Of a stretch of DNA of 64,000 bases, positions 43,513-53,010 are shown one piece after another. A model generated the notes under the pieces. The model was not told the DNA's origin and did no database searches. It saw only the letters and a program-made list of their open reading frames with translations. Numbering within the stretch: position 1 is the first letter of the stretch; each line of letters begins with the position of its first letter. The position numbers were made by a program, and so were the translations under genes. Source of the stretch: a virus (taxonomy: Duplodnaviria; Caudoviricetes); IMG/VR virus record IMGVR_UViG_3300028048_003164, positions 32,001 through 96,000 of that record, one strand, 5' to 3'.

Positions 43513-43848
43513 ATGACAGATAAGGAAATAAGAGTGGAACTTGCGAAGGCTGCTATTATGAGCGGCTCTTCCATTGAGACTGTAAAGATGATGTACGAGT
43601 GGGTGCGGAACGATGCCAAGCCCTCATCGCAGGATATCGACAGCGTGAAGGTGTCGGAGTTGGAAAAGTACCTAGGCATGTCCGCGGTGCGTTTCCGCAA
43701 CCGATGTATGGAGAACGACATCCATACCGTGGGGCAGCTTGTCCGTATCGGGAGCGGAGGTTTCCGTGCCTTGCGTCTTGTCGGGGGCGGTCTTGTGGGA
43801 AAGCTTGGTGAGGTGCTTGCAGAGAAGTACGGGGTGGAAGGATGGTAG
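43513..43848 (+). CDS. Second alpha-CTD-like protein
   Basis: AVRFRNRCMENDIHTVGQLVRIG...RLVGGGLVGKL. Confidence 0.55.
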   Translation: MTDKEIRVELAKAAIMSGSSIETVKMMYEWVRNDAKPSSQDIDSVKVSELEKYLGMSAVRFRNRCMENDIHTVGQLVRIGSGGFRALRLVGGGLVGKLGEVLAEKYGVEGW

Positions 43849-43883
43849 GTAGCTAAGCAAAGCTATCTAAAGCTAAGTAAGTC

Positions 43884-43991
43884 TAAATAACTTGCATTTT
43901 CGTGGTCTTCTGCTTATCTTTGCGGTACCTTCAATAATGAAGGCAACCCTTAGAAGTTGGGCGCGACACGGATAAAGCGTAAAAGAGTATG
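43884..43991 (+). promoter_or_regulatory. Promoter plus conserved leader, copy D
   Basis: TAAATAACTTGCA...TATCTTTG(43915)...hairpin...AACCCTTAGA(43945)...AAGAGTATG. Confidence 0.7.
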
Positions 43992-46026
43992 GCAAAAATC
44001 AGATTTAAGGAGGACGGAGAATGGCGTGAGGTGGAGCTGCCGAAGCATACGTGCGTACATTTCATCGATGAGTATAACAATGACTTTGAATTACGCCCCG
44101 ACCGTTTCGGTGGCATGGACGTAATTGCCAATGATGGCAAGATATCCATAGAGCCGTGCATGTCTAATAACATTACGATAAAAACTGTATAACACCGCCT
44201 CTAACGGCCTTTTGCCTCTAAGGTGGGCAATCATACCACCTAAGTGATAAAAAGGCAACATGGGGGCTAAAAACGAAAGAATATGGATTACATTAGTGAA
44301 GCAGAGGCATTGTCCGAAATTTACGATGGTTTTGAAGGTGGTTTTGAACCATACTCAAAAAGTGACCGTCGTGACTATGTAGATGCGAAGTCAAGGACGT
44401 TCAAAAAGTCTGACATTGGCAAGTGGGTAGTAACACAAAAGCCAAGACGTAAGAAAGGTGTCGTGAGCACCTTGTATCTTGTAGACCGAAACTTGACTAA
44501 GCGTTTCTGGTGGTCTCCCGACTCATCCTATGCAATGGTTTTTGAGAAAGAGAGTGCCGCAAGAATACAAGCTGCAAAATATCGGTTTAACAAAGCAAGT
44601 GTAAAGCAGATTACTTCAAGCATGGCAGACAAGAAATGGTTTTCGCTATGTTATGAATAACCAACAAAAAGAAAGAATATGGCAAAAGACGACAGAATAA
44701 AGGTCTCGTTCTCTGTGTCACTAACAAAGACATATACTCTTGACGAGATAGTGGATTTTCGCGAGAACAATTGTCTTGTGTCTGATGATATAAAGACAAC
44801 GCTTGAGCAGATGATTATAATAGATACAATCACCAAAATAAACGATGGTGGTGGTTGTTTCACGATAAAAGGTTAAGGCCATGAATAATAAAGCACAAAA
44901 CAGCATTAAGGTCGGCACAATCTGTACGCTGACAAAGAATGACTCGTTTATATTCCGTTTGACGGGTACTAACGAGCTAGGCTACCCGATGTCGGATTGT
45001 ATCGTCTACAAGCGTTATTACGAAAAGCCAAGCGTTCAGGTCGGCAAGGCGGTCGTGGTGGCATATACTACATTGTTTGAGCCAGCCGCAAAAGAGCATG
45101 TAGAATTGTTTAACGAACTTACAAAAAGGATGTAATATGGCAAAGAAAAAGAAAGTACGTCTTTGCAGTCAGTGTATTTACCTATCAAAAGATGGTGACG
45201 ACTGGTTTTGCGGTTGTGGCAATGGTTTTGTAGAACCTTACCAAATAGCATGTAAAGAAGACTTTGAAAGTGTGTAGTTATGAAAGAACAAGCTTATCTA
45301 AGTAGCATGAACGCTTTGTGTGAGCAGTTAAACGCCCTTATTCCCGTAAAGAACGAAGCGGATAGGGATAAGCTGAATGCGCTGATAGCAGATATGTGCA
45401 ACAGCCATTCTGAATATCCGCATTACGAATTGTATTGGGATAGGGACGTGTACATTAAGAGCGGCTGCAACGAGGGCAAGATACGCGAGGCCGTCTTGCA
45501 TGGTGATTTCCTTCAGTTTGAACCTAACGAGGATTTTGAAGAGCACCCTGGGGTCGTGGTAAGATTTAAGGATTGGGTATTTCCTCCAACCGATTAACTA
45601 TAAAGTGTTAAATTTATGAAGAATGAATATTTAGAGAAGCCTTTAGAAGTAGGCACCGTTCTTAAAGAAACGTGGTACGATAGTCTAACTGGCAAGGAAA
45701 ATGATTACTACTACATAGTTGGTGAATATTTTATATATAACTCTGATTATGACAATCCACAAATCCGTCCTCACAAGTTTTCTTTCAACGAACATATAAC
45801 AATTGCTTCCGAAGAGGAAAAGAAGCAGTTCTTTGACGTTCTTAAGAAAGAACACCTTATTTGGGACGAAATATCGGGTAAAGTAAGACGTGAATATGAA
45901 AAGATACGTCTAAGCGTTGAACTGAAAGTAAAACCAGGAACGGATGTAAATGAATTAATTGAAAAACTTAATTCTGAACTGGAGAAACCTTATAAAGTTT
46001 ATTCTATGAGTTTTGAAGATTTTTAA
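43989..46026 (+). other. Small accessory genes (43989-44192, 44283-44660, 44679-44876, 44881-45135, 45280-45597, 45616-46026)
   Basis: Co-oriented ORFs with A-rich leaders. Confidence 0.6.
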
Positions 46027-46031
46027 AATAT

Positions 46032-46289
46032 ATGGCAGACTGGATAAAAACTAACGGTGAAAGAATAGAAGTTCAGCCGAAGAACGGCACGGACTTTTCA
46101 TTAAACGAGCTGCAAGGCTTTGTCGGAGGGTACATAGAGATAGTTCGCATGGATGATGAGCATTTTATGGTGGTCAACGAGGAGGGTAAAGTATACGGTC
46201 TTCCTATCAACATGACGGCATCGATGCTTATCATGCGTGACACCATTGTCGGTGATGTGTTGGTGTGCAAAACAAATGAAATAAAATGA
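46032..46289 (+). CDS. DUF3846 domain protein
   Basis: LNELQGFVGGYIEIV...VNEEGK...N..AS...IVGDVLV. Confidence 0.85.
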   Translation: MADWIKTNGERIEVQPKNGTDFSLNELQGFVGGYIEIVRMDDEHFMVVNEEGKVYGLPINMTASMLIMRDTIVGDVLVCKTNEIK

Positions 46290-46295
46290 CATGCC

Positions 46296-46505
46296 ATGGC
46301 AAGGACAAAGTTCAACAAGAACGGAACGGTTACAATTATAGGACTGACGCAGGGAGAATGGTATATGTTGCAGGAGTGTCTGTCGCGCTGCCAAGACGTC
46401 ATGTCGTGGGATGAGGATGCGGGATATGCGGAAGACGGGGATAATTTCCTTTGGCGCATAGATGACCGAAAGGAGTATGAGACGCTGAAGAATATGAGGA
46501 TTTGA
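46296..46505 (+). CDS. Hypothetical protein whose stop codon is supplied by the IS right end
   Basis: Ends NMRI-TGA; the TGA is part of the IS end TTGA. Confidence 0.6.
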   Translation: MARTKFNKNGTVTIIGLTQGEWYMLQECLSRCQDVMSWDEDAGYAEDGDNFLWRIDDRKEYETLKNMRI

Positions 46506-47765
46506 CATACTCTCACGCATGAATACGTGAGATTCTTGGATGCAGGCGCACATGCGCCCTCCTTGAGGAAGGTGTCTTACTGGTGCTCTCCAATTCGGCA
46601 ATGCCCTGCCGAAGAATATTCTGGGCAGCGAGAAGATCACGGTCATGGACTGCGCCACACTCAGGGCAAGTCCAATGTCTATCCTTCAATTGAAGCTGCT
46701 TGTTGACATACCCGCACGTACACGTCTTTGATGACGGGTAGAAGCGGTCTATCTTGTGAACCACCACACCGTACTTCACGGCAACGTACTCCAACTTCTG
46801 AACGAAATCCGCATGGGCGAGGTCGTGCATCTTCCTGCCCCAGCGTCTGTTCATTCCTTCAAGGTTCAAGTCCTCGATGAAGATGCGGTCGTACTTTCGG
46901 CATAGCTCGTGGGCGAGTTTCCATTGGAAATCGCTGCGCTTGTTACAGATGTCGTTCATAAGACGGTCTAAATCCTTTCGTTTGCGCTCTCGGTTGTTAC
47001 TACCCTTCTTGCACTTGCTGAGATTGCGGCTTCTCCTGCGTAACTCGACAAGGCTTTCCTTCATAAACTGAGGATTGTCGTAGGCTGTGCCGTCGGACAA
47101 GGTTAGGTACTTTTTCAAGCCGAAGTCAATGCCAACGGATGCACCTTTGAGTGTCTTTCCGTAGGATTGCGGCTCTGCGTCGGTAACTATCAGTATGAAG
47201 TACTCGCCCAAGCGGTTACGTTTTAATACTACTCTCTTTACTTTTCCTTCATATTCACGGGATTTTGAAAATTTGTATGACTTATGTATCTTGTTAATCG
47301 CTATCTCGTTTCCGAATAGGCAAAAGCCGCATTGCTTATAGACAATGCTTGCAAAGTCCTTTGCCTTACGGAATTTCGGAGGTCTAATAGCCAAATGCTC
47401 AAAGAAACGCTTGTAAGCCATATCAAGACGCTCTAATATCTCCTGAACGGTCTGCGCACCAAGAAGATTTCGTTTGACACGCTTTGCTTGGTGATGCTGC
47501 ATCACTCCCAACGGGATATACTTTTTGAACAGCCTGTAGTATCTCTTCTGTAAAGCAAGCGCATGATTCCATACAAAGCAAGCCTCTCGGAGCATCCTGT
47601 CGATGTGCTTCGTCTTGTCCGTCCGATATAACTTGTATTTGTATGTAATCATACTGCAAAGATACAACAACTATTTGAATATTAAATACTTTTCTGTGCT
47701 AATTAAAGATAAAAACTGCGCTTTCATCCCCAACCTGAAGGACAGGGTATTCCCGCTTGTAAATC
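46502..47765 (-). mobile_element. IS200/IS605-family (IS1341-like) element, TnpB only
   Basis: Right end: CTCACG/CGTGAG hairpin followed by TCAA. Left end follows a TTTAT target motif (47766-47770) and has a subterminal hairpin. No tnpA. Confidence 0.85.
46513..47670 (-). CDS. tnpB: RNA-guided endonuclease TnpB (true start probably ATG 47652)
   Basis: TYKYKLY N-terminus, RuvC residues GIDFG, IEDL and DRD, and a CxCG...CPECG zinc finger. Confidence 0.95.
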   Translation of the reverse strand: MLYLCSMITYKYKLYRTDKTKHIDRMLREACFVWNHALALQKRYYRLFKKYIPLGVMQHHQAKRVKRNLLGAQTVQEILERLDMAYKRFFEHLAIRPPKFRKAKDFASIVYKQCGFCLFGNEIAINKIHKSYKFSKSREYEGKVKRVVLKRNRLGEYFILIVTDAEPQSYGKTLKGASVGIDFGLKKYLTLSDGTAYDNPQFMKESLVELRRRSRNLSKCKKGSNNRERKRKDLDRLMNDICNKRSDFQWKLAHELCRKYDRIFIEDLNLEGMNRRWGRKMHDLAHADFVQKLEYVAVKYGVVVHKIDRFYPSSKTCTCGYVNKQLQLKDRHWTCPECGAVHDRDLLAAQNILRQGIAELESTSKTPSSRRAHVRLHPRISRIHA

Positions 47766-47768
47766 ATA

Positions 47769-47806
47769 AAAAAGAGGCCATCACTTATGTGATGACCTTT
47801 CCTTTG
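47769..47806. terminator. Probable bidirectional terminator between convergent units
   Basis: AGGCCATCAC-TTAT-GTGATGACCT flanked by A and T tracts. Confidence 0.55.
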
Positions 47807-47991
47807 AAGTGTTGGCAGCTCTTCTGGCTAAGAAGGACGCATTTTGATTGTTTCCAGTATGGGCATGTCCCCATGGTCGGCATACCCTTGACGCTAAGAG
47901 TGTGAAACAAGGTTACCTCCGTGCAATAGGCACATTCGCGGCAGGTGTGAGATTCCTCAGTTATCTGCGCTTTCCTTTTCTTCGCCGCCAT
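47785..47991 (-). CDS. Small Cys-rich protein downstream of the portal
   Basis: CRECAYC...CPY...CQHF. Confidence 0.6.
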   Translation of the reverse strand: MAAKKRKAQITEESHTCRECAYCTEVTLFHTLSVKGMPTMGTCPYWKQSKCVLLSQKSCQHFKGKVIT

Positions 47992-48301
47992 AGATAAAAA
48001 CTGTTCCCGTCACGTCTGCGACAAGGTTCGTCTTCTTCACGTCATAATCAATAATGCCTTTTTTGACGAAGGCACGTCCGATAGCACCTGCAACCTGCCA
48101 TTTCGCTTCCTCGACAAGCAGCCGCAGCCCCTCCCTGTGTGATTTGACTTCTGGGTGTTCCTTCCTGAAACTGCGCACGTCATTCTTGGCGATGTGTATG
48201 CAAAGGCCAAGTTCTCTTGCGGTAGGAATGTCCTCAAAGACAACGGAACGGTCTATGCGTCTTGCAAGTTTGAGGAGGAATCGTGAGATTTTCTTTTTCA
48301 T
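47957..48301 (-). CDS. Hypothetical protein
   Basis: ATGA overlap with the portal gene. Confidence 0.6.
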   Translation of the reverse strand: MKKKISRFLLKLARRIDRSVVFEDIPTARELGLCIHIAKNDVRSFRKEHPEVKSHREGLRLLVEEAKWQVAGAIGRAFVKKGIIDYDVKKTNLVADVTGTVFIYGGEEKESADN

Positions 48302-49737
48302 ATGTTTTCTTTATTGTTTGTTGTTTCCGTTTGCGGTGCGATCTCCGTTGCGGCGGTTGGTTCGCTCATTGCCTGCTGCGCAGCCTGCATGGCCATAATC
48401 TGTGCGAAGGTGGCTTGCGGGTCTTCCGAGAGCCCTGCGTTCTCGATGGCCTCGAGAGGTGATACGAGCGGAGTGTCCCCTCCTGCGAGTCTCCATTTCT
48501 GGATATTCTGCATCTCGTCTTCCTGTATGAATGGTGTGATGATATTCTCGATAAGGATGGATTCGATGTCTTCTTCCTTGAAACCGACGTTGAGCTTCTT
48601 CAAGAAAGCCTTTATAATGCTGTTCTCCCTCTCGAGGAATTCAATCCAAGCACCACTTTCGTCGCCAATTTTGAGGTGAGCGTCCGTAAGGAGCGTCTTC
48701 CTCGCATCGTACCCTATGTTGCCGAGGCGTGACATCGTGGAGAAGGATATGTCGGGCATCTGTGCCTGCATGAAGAACATGTTGAGGAGGGTGCTGATGT
48801 AGTATTCGAGTGCTTGGTTGCTCTGCGCCCATGAAACGTAGGAGACGTCGCCACCTTCCGTAACACGGTAGATACGTCTTGTTTCTCCCTTCGCCTCTTC
48901 GCCGACGATGGTGCCCGCCACTTTGAGTATCGGGGCGCTGTTGTAGGCGAGGATGTCGGAATGGCGTGAAAGGGCGTACTCTATCTCCTCACGAATGTCT
49001 GTCAGTCCTTCCCATACGGGACTGTAGCGGTAGATGTAGATGCCTGGGATTTTGCCTATGCTTATCTCCTCACCTTCCGTGACCGCCTCCCACTCCGTGC
49101 TCTCGCTTTTCTTCCAGATGTAATGTTTGTCGGCTGTGAAGGTCTCGAAGAAGGTCGTTATGGAGTCCTTCACCTTCCTTGTGTATTCGAAGGACATGGC
49201 GTACATCTCGCCTTTTTCGTCAATGAGCGGCCAAAGCTGCACGCCCGTCATCGGGGAGAAGGTCTTGCACTTAAGCTTGTAGTTGCACGGGAAACCGTAG
49301 AGGTGGTGTCTTTCCTTCTTCGTGTACCATATCGTAAGCGCCTCGCAGCTTGCGTAATAGGCAAGCCCACGCTTTTTGTTCTCCGAGTCGATGTGCGCCA
49401 CCTGGTATATGCGCTCGATGGCCTTTACTATATTCTTTTTCTCGTCCGTGTCGTCACCCACGTAGTTCCTCTTTACGGGAATGGCGAAGGTGAACTCGTT
49501 CATACGTTTCGTAAGAAGCCTTTCAAGCCCGATGGCAAGCCTTGCCGCCTTATCCTTCGTACCGTCGGAGTGAATCTTGTCTTTCCGACCCTGCATGTCG
49601 TGGACAATCTTATGTTCGGACGGCTCATAGTCCTGACGCAGCTTCGCCCAAAAATGCGGAGGTGTCGTCCTTTCCTTGAGAGAGGCAATAATGTCCGTTA
49701 TATTATCACCGCTGAGGATTTCTTTTATATCTATCAT
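48298..49737 (-). CDS. Phage portal protein (SPP1-like)
   Basis: 479 aa with YEPSEHKI, KIPGIY, SRHSDILAYNSAPIL, YVSW and QMPDISF segments typical of Bacteroidetes-phage SPP1-type portals. Confidence 0.85.
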   Translation of the reverse strand: MIDIKEILSGDNITDIIASLKERTTPPHFWAKLRQDYEPSEHKIVHDMQGRKDKIHSDGTKDKAARLAIGLERLLTKRMNEFTFAIPVKRNYVGDDTDEKKNIVKAIERIYQVAHIDSENKKRGLAYYASCEALTIWYTKKERHHLYGFPCNYKLKCKTFSPMTGVQLWPLIDEKGEMYAMSFEYTRKVKDSITTFFETFTADKHYIWKKSESTEWEAVTEGEEISIGKIPGIYIYRYSPVWEGLTDIREEIEYALSRHSDILAYNSAPILKVAGTIVGEEAKGETRRIYRVTEGGDVSYVSWAQSNQALEYYISTLLNMFFMQAQMPDISFSTMSRLGNIGYDARKTLLTDAHLKIGDESGAWIEFLERENSIIKAFLKKLNVGFKEEDIESILIENIITPFIQEDEMQNIQKWRLAGGDTPLVSPLEAIENAGLSEDPQATFAQIMAMQAAQQAMSEPTAATEIAPQTETTNNKENI

Positions 49738-49765
49738 GATTCCTTAGAATTGCGCAACTTTTGCG

Positions 49766-49844
49766 CAAAAGTATTAAAAAAGTGTTTATTAACCAAATAT
49801 TTTATTCATTTATTTGCATAATATTTTTTTTATTCGTACCTTTG
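49766..49844. promoter_or_regulatory. Divergent portal / metK promoters
   Basis: TACTTTTG on - (49766-49773), palindromic box 49782-49800, TACCTTTG on + (49837-49844). Confidence 0.7.
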
Positions 49845-49866
49845 TATCATTAACAAAATTTTTCAG

Positions 49867-51087
49867 ATGAAAAAGAGATATTATTTTACGAGTGAGAGCG
49901 TCTCCGAGGGGCATCCAGACAAGGTGGCTGACCAGATATCGGATGCGGTGCTTGATGCGTTCCTCAAGGAGGATGAACGGTCTCATGTGGCAGTGGAGAC
50001 CCTTGTGACGACAGGGCAGGTAGTGGTTGCAGGTGAGGTGCGCAGCAAGGGGTACGTGGATATTCCGAGCGTTGTACGGGAGACAATCGCATCGATAGGA
50101 TATACGAATCCTCTCTACGGCTTCGATGCCAACTCCTGCGGAATACTTACGGCAATACATGAGCAGTCACCCGACATCAATCAGGGTGTCATCCGTGAGG
50201 AAGAGAAGATGCAGGGTGCGGGCGATCAGGGTATCGTTTTTGGCTATGCATCGGATGAGACCGAAACTTATATGCCAGTTGCCCACTATATAGCTACGCT
50301 TATAGTTAAGAGTTTGGCTGAAATCCGTAAGGAAGGCAAACTTATGCCATACTTACGCCCGGATGCTAAATCACAGGTGACCGTGGAGTATTCCGAGTTT
50401 GACGAGCCTTTACGTATTGATACTATCGTGGTTAGCACACAGCATGATGAGTTCGCCTCGGAAAAGGCTATGCAGGAGCAGATTCGCTATGACGTAATCA
50501 ATACCCTTGTCCCGTATGTTAAGACGAAGATAAAGGATGAGCGTATATTGAGATTGTTTAATAACGACATAAGATACCATGTCAATCCCACGGGAAAGTT
50601 CGTCTTGGGCGGACCAGCAGGTGATACGGGTTTGACGGGAAGAAAGATTATTGTCGACACCTATGGCGGCATGGCTCGTCATGGCGGCGGCGCATTCTCG
50701 GGGAAAGACCCGTCCAAGGTAGACCGCAGCGCAGCCTATGCAGCTCGCTATGTTGCAAAGAACCTTGTGGCAAACGGAATCTGTTCAAAGTGCGAGGTTC
50801 AGATTGGCTATGCCATAGGTGTAGCCGAGCCAGTTAGCGTTTATGTGGAAGACTTCGGTACATATAACGGTGGCGTAGGTGTTCTCGGTGATTTCGTGAA
50901 GGAGCACTTTGACCTTTCACCATACGGAATAGACAAGATGCTCGGAGGATTGAGAAAGCCCATCTATCTGCCGACCGCTGCCTACGGACACTTCGGACGC
51001 AATTCATACGAGAAGGACGGACTGACTTTCTTCCCTTGGGAGAAGGTAATGGCGAAGGAAGAACTTTTGGGAAGAAAGAAATATTAA
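49867..51087 (+). CDS. metK: S-adenosylmethionine synthetase
   Basis: [56 protein letters not shown] and YGHFGR. Confidence 0.98.
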   Translation: MKKRYYFTSESVSEGHPDKVADQISDAVLDAFLKEDERSHVAVETLVTTGQVVVAGEVRSKGYVDIPSVVRETIASIGYTNPLYGFDANSCGILTAIHEQSPDINQGVIREEEKMQGAGDQGIVFGYASDETETYMPVAHYIATLIVKSLAEIRKEGKLMPYLRPDAKSQVTVEYSEFDEPLRIDTIVVSTQHDEFASEKAMQEQIRYDVINTLVPYVKTKIKDERILRLFNNDIRYHVNPTGKFVLGGPAGDTGLTGRKIIVDTYGGMARHGGGAFSGKDPSKVDRSAAYAARYVAKNLVANGICSKCEVQIGYAIGVAEPVSVYVEDFGTYNGGVGVLGDFVKEHFDLSPYGIDKMLGGLRKPIYLPTAAYGHFGRNSYEKDGLTFFPWEKVMAKEELLGRKKY

Positions 51088-51093
51088 CCTACA

Positions 51094-51163
51094 CGGGGAT
51101 GGTGCGTGTCAGTCCGCTAACGGTACAATCCGCAAGACGCAAGTGAAACTCTTGTCATCCTCG
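51094..51163 (+). ncRNA. 70-nt tRNA-shaped element immediately after metK
   Basis: CGGGGATG/CATCCTCG closing stem, GCAAG-TGAAACT-CTTGT T-arm-like hairpin and two short internal stems. Confidence 0.35.
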
Positions 51164-51176
51164 TTATTTTTGAATA

Positions 51177-51443
51177 ATGAAGAACCTATTTTGGGAAATT
51201 GCCGCAAGGCTTGGTTTTTGGATTCCGTGTAACAAGTACATGCCGCCACGGAAGTATTGGGATTGGGTACTTATAGGATACCATGAAAAGGGATTGTCTT
51301 ATTATTATATTCCGACCGTAGCGGAGTATTCTGCCACAAGGAAAATATGGATTGAGAACAATGAAAGCCCGGAAGAATATCTTAATGAAACCTGCGTTGT
51401 AACTCATTGGCATAAATTGCCACGGAAATTAAAAGTAAAATAA
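51177..51443 (+). CDS. DUF551-like protein
   Basis: WIPCNKYMPP...VL...VTHWHKLP. Confidence 0.65.
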   Translation: MKNLFWEIAARLGFWIPCNKYMPPRKYWDWVLIGYHEKGLSYYYIPTVAEYSATRKIWIENNESPEEYLNETCVVTHWHKLPRKLKVK

Positions 51444-51444
51444 T

Positions 51445-51756
51445 ATGTTCAGTAAACCGATAACAAACGAAGAGGAAAGATTTATAAAGAAGAATGCGGA
51501 GTCTATGTCTATCTCGGAAATAGCCACATCCCTCGGGAGGAGCTACTATACCATTCAGAGGTATATGAGTATTCTCGGGCTGAAGACGGGATTCCACAAG
51601 TGGACGAAGCAGGAGGACGAGCTTTTGAGGGAACTTTGGGAACAATATCCTGCAGGCTATATCTGCCGCCGTCTCGGGGTGGATGAGAACTGTGTCTACA
51701 ACAGGGTGAGACGGCTGAAACTGAAAAAGAAACGTATCGTCAAGAAGAAGGAATGA
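51445..51756 (+). CDS. Tandem HTH/Myb-like DNA-binding protein
   Basis: EIATSLGRSYYTI and WTKQEDELL...ICRRLG...VYNRVRRL. Confidence 0.7.
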   Translation: MFSKPITNEEERFIKKNAESMSISEIATSLGRSYYTIQRYMSILGLKTGFHKWTKQEDELLRELWEQYPAGYICRRLGVDENCVYNRVRRLKLKKKRIVKKKE

Positions 51757-52409
51757 AGAAGGTAGGTATAATTGTTGCCATGCAGAAGGAGTGGGATGCC
51801 CTCTTTGCAGGAACGGAGAAAGTAGGCATGGCTTTCGCCAAGGAGCGCACACGGAGGAACATACCCTATGTGGCGATGATAAGCGGCATCGGGAAGGTGA
51901 ACGCTGCCGTGACGGCATACAGGCTGTGGAAGGAATACGACTGCAACCGCATCATTTCTTTCGGCTGCGCTGGAGGCGTGATCCATGACGTTCATATCGG
52001 GGAAGTCATCGTGGGCGATGAGTATATGTACTATGATGTAAACTGCGGAAGCCCTAATGCAGTGGGGCAGGTGCAGGGGCACCCAGAGACATATCCGTCA
52101 TGCTATGCTGAATGGAGATTCTTGGATGGAATGAGGCATGGGCTGATTGCCTCCGGCGATACCTTCGTGGAGTCGGATCTGATGGCCTCTTCCATCATGC
52201 AGTCGCTGTATCCCGAGCATTACCCCGTAGCCTTGGATATGGAAAGCGCAGCCATAGCGCAGGTCTGTGAGGAGAGGGGTGTCGGTTTTACATCCGTGAG
52301 GGTAATATCGGACAATCCCTTGCTTGGAGAGAGGACGTATGATGCTTTTTGGAAAAGGAAGGACGAGAGGCTTGGCCAGCTGATGCGCAGTTTCGTAAAC
52401 ATGGATTAA
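51753..52409 (+). CDS. mtnN: 5'-methylthioadenosine/S-adenosylhomocysteine nucleosidase (Pfs)
   Basis: GIIVAMQKE, SGIGKVNAA, GCAGG, IASGDTFV, DMESAAIAQV and VRVISD. Confidence 0.95.
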   Translation: MKKVGIIVAMQKEWDALFAGTEKVGMAFAKERTRRNIPYVAMISGIGKVNAAVTAYRLWKEYDCNRIISFGCAGGVIHDVHIGEVIVGDEYMYYDVNCGSPNAVGQVQGHPETYPSCYAEWRFLDGMRHGLIASGDTFVESDLMASSIMQSLYPEHYPVALDMESAAIAQVCEERGVGFTSVRVISDNPLLGERTYDAFWKRKDERLGQLMRSFVNMD

Positions 52410-52444
52410 GGAAATCTTTTGTCATACTAAATATATCTTGATGT

Positions 52445-52484
52445 TAGGCGGCGATGGCATGGATATGCTAAAGTCGCCTATTTT
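52445..52484 (+). terminator. Terminator after pfs
   Basis: TAGGCGGC...GTCGCCTA followed by TTTT. Confidence 0.5.
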
Positions 52485-52498
52485 CAGCTAAACTAAGA

Positions 52499-52606
52499 TA
52501 AATAACTTGCACGTTTCTGGTTAATCGTTTATCTTCGCACTACCCTTACAAAAGGGCAACCCTTAGAACCGCAGCCGACGGGATAGAAACAGGCAAGAAG
52601 AGTATG
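52499..52606 (+). promoter_or_regulatory. Promoter plus conserved leader, copy E
   Basis: TAAATAACTTGCA...TATCTTCG...CCCTT/AAGGG hairpin...AACCCTTAGA(52558)...AAGAGTATG. Confidence 0.7.
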
Positions 52607-53008
52607 AAGACTACAGCAAACAACACGAACGACGTTAAGCAGATGATGATGGATGCTATCAGCAAGGCAGAAAACACTATCAACGTATGCAACAAGCAAA
52701 TCGAGTACCTGACACATCCCGAAATCTACGGCTGCTGCCTGAGCAAGTGCAACAGTATCGTGATTAACAAGAAGCGCATGATGACCGTCACCACCGACGA
52801 GAATCACATGACCACCTACGAGTTCTCACCCCTCTACCCCACTTACTTCTCGCCTGAAGCCGCCGACAGCATTATCAGTCACGATATATACAAGGACATC
52901 AACGGCAATCGCATCCCGCTCGAAAGAATCGGCAAACTGGAGTACTATAGGCTTCTGAAGGCACAGTCAGAGAAGAATATTAAGGTTCTCAAAAGCATAG
53001 CAGCATAA
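52604..53008 (+). CDS. Hypothetical protein
   Basis: Follows the conserved leader. Confidence 0.7.
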   Translation: MKTTANNTNDVKQMMMDAISKAENTINVCNKQIEYLTHPEIYGCCLSKCNSIVINKKRMMTVTTDENHMTTYEFSPLYPTYFSPEAADSIISHDIYKDINGNRIPLERIGKLEYYRLLKAQSEKNIKVLKSIAA

Positions 53009-53010
53009 GA

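Noticed and set aside
43851-43890. AGCTAAnnAA 10-bp periodic repeats as replication iterons
   Set aside because: Only three or four degenerate units with no initiator gene nearby; more likely part of the upstream promoter region.
49845-49866. SAM riboswitch upstream of metK
   Set aside because: Only about 22 AT-rich nt lie between the promoter box and the ATG, leaving no room for an aptamer.
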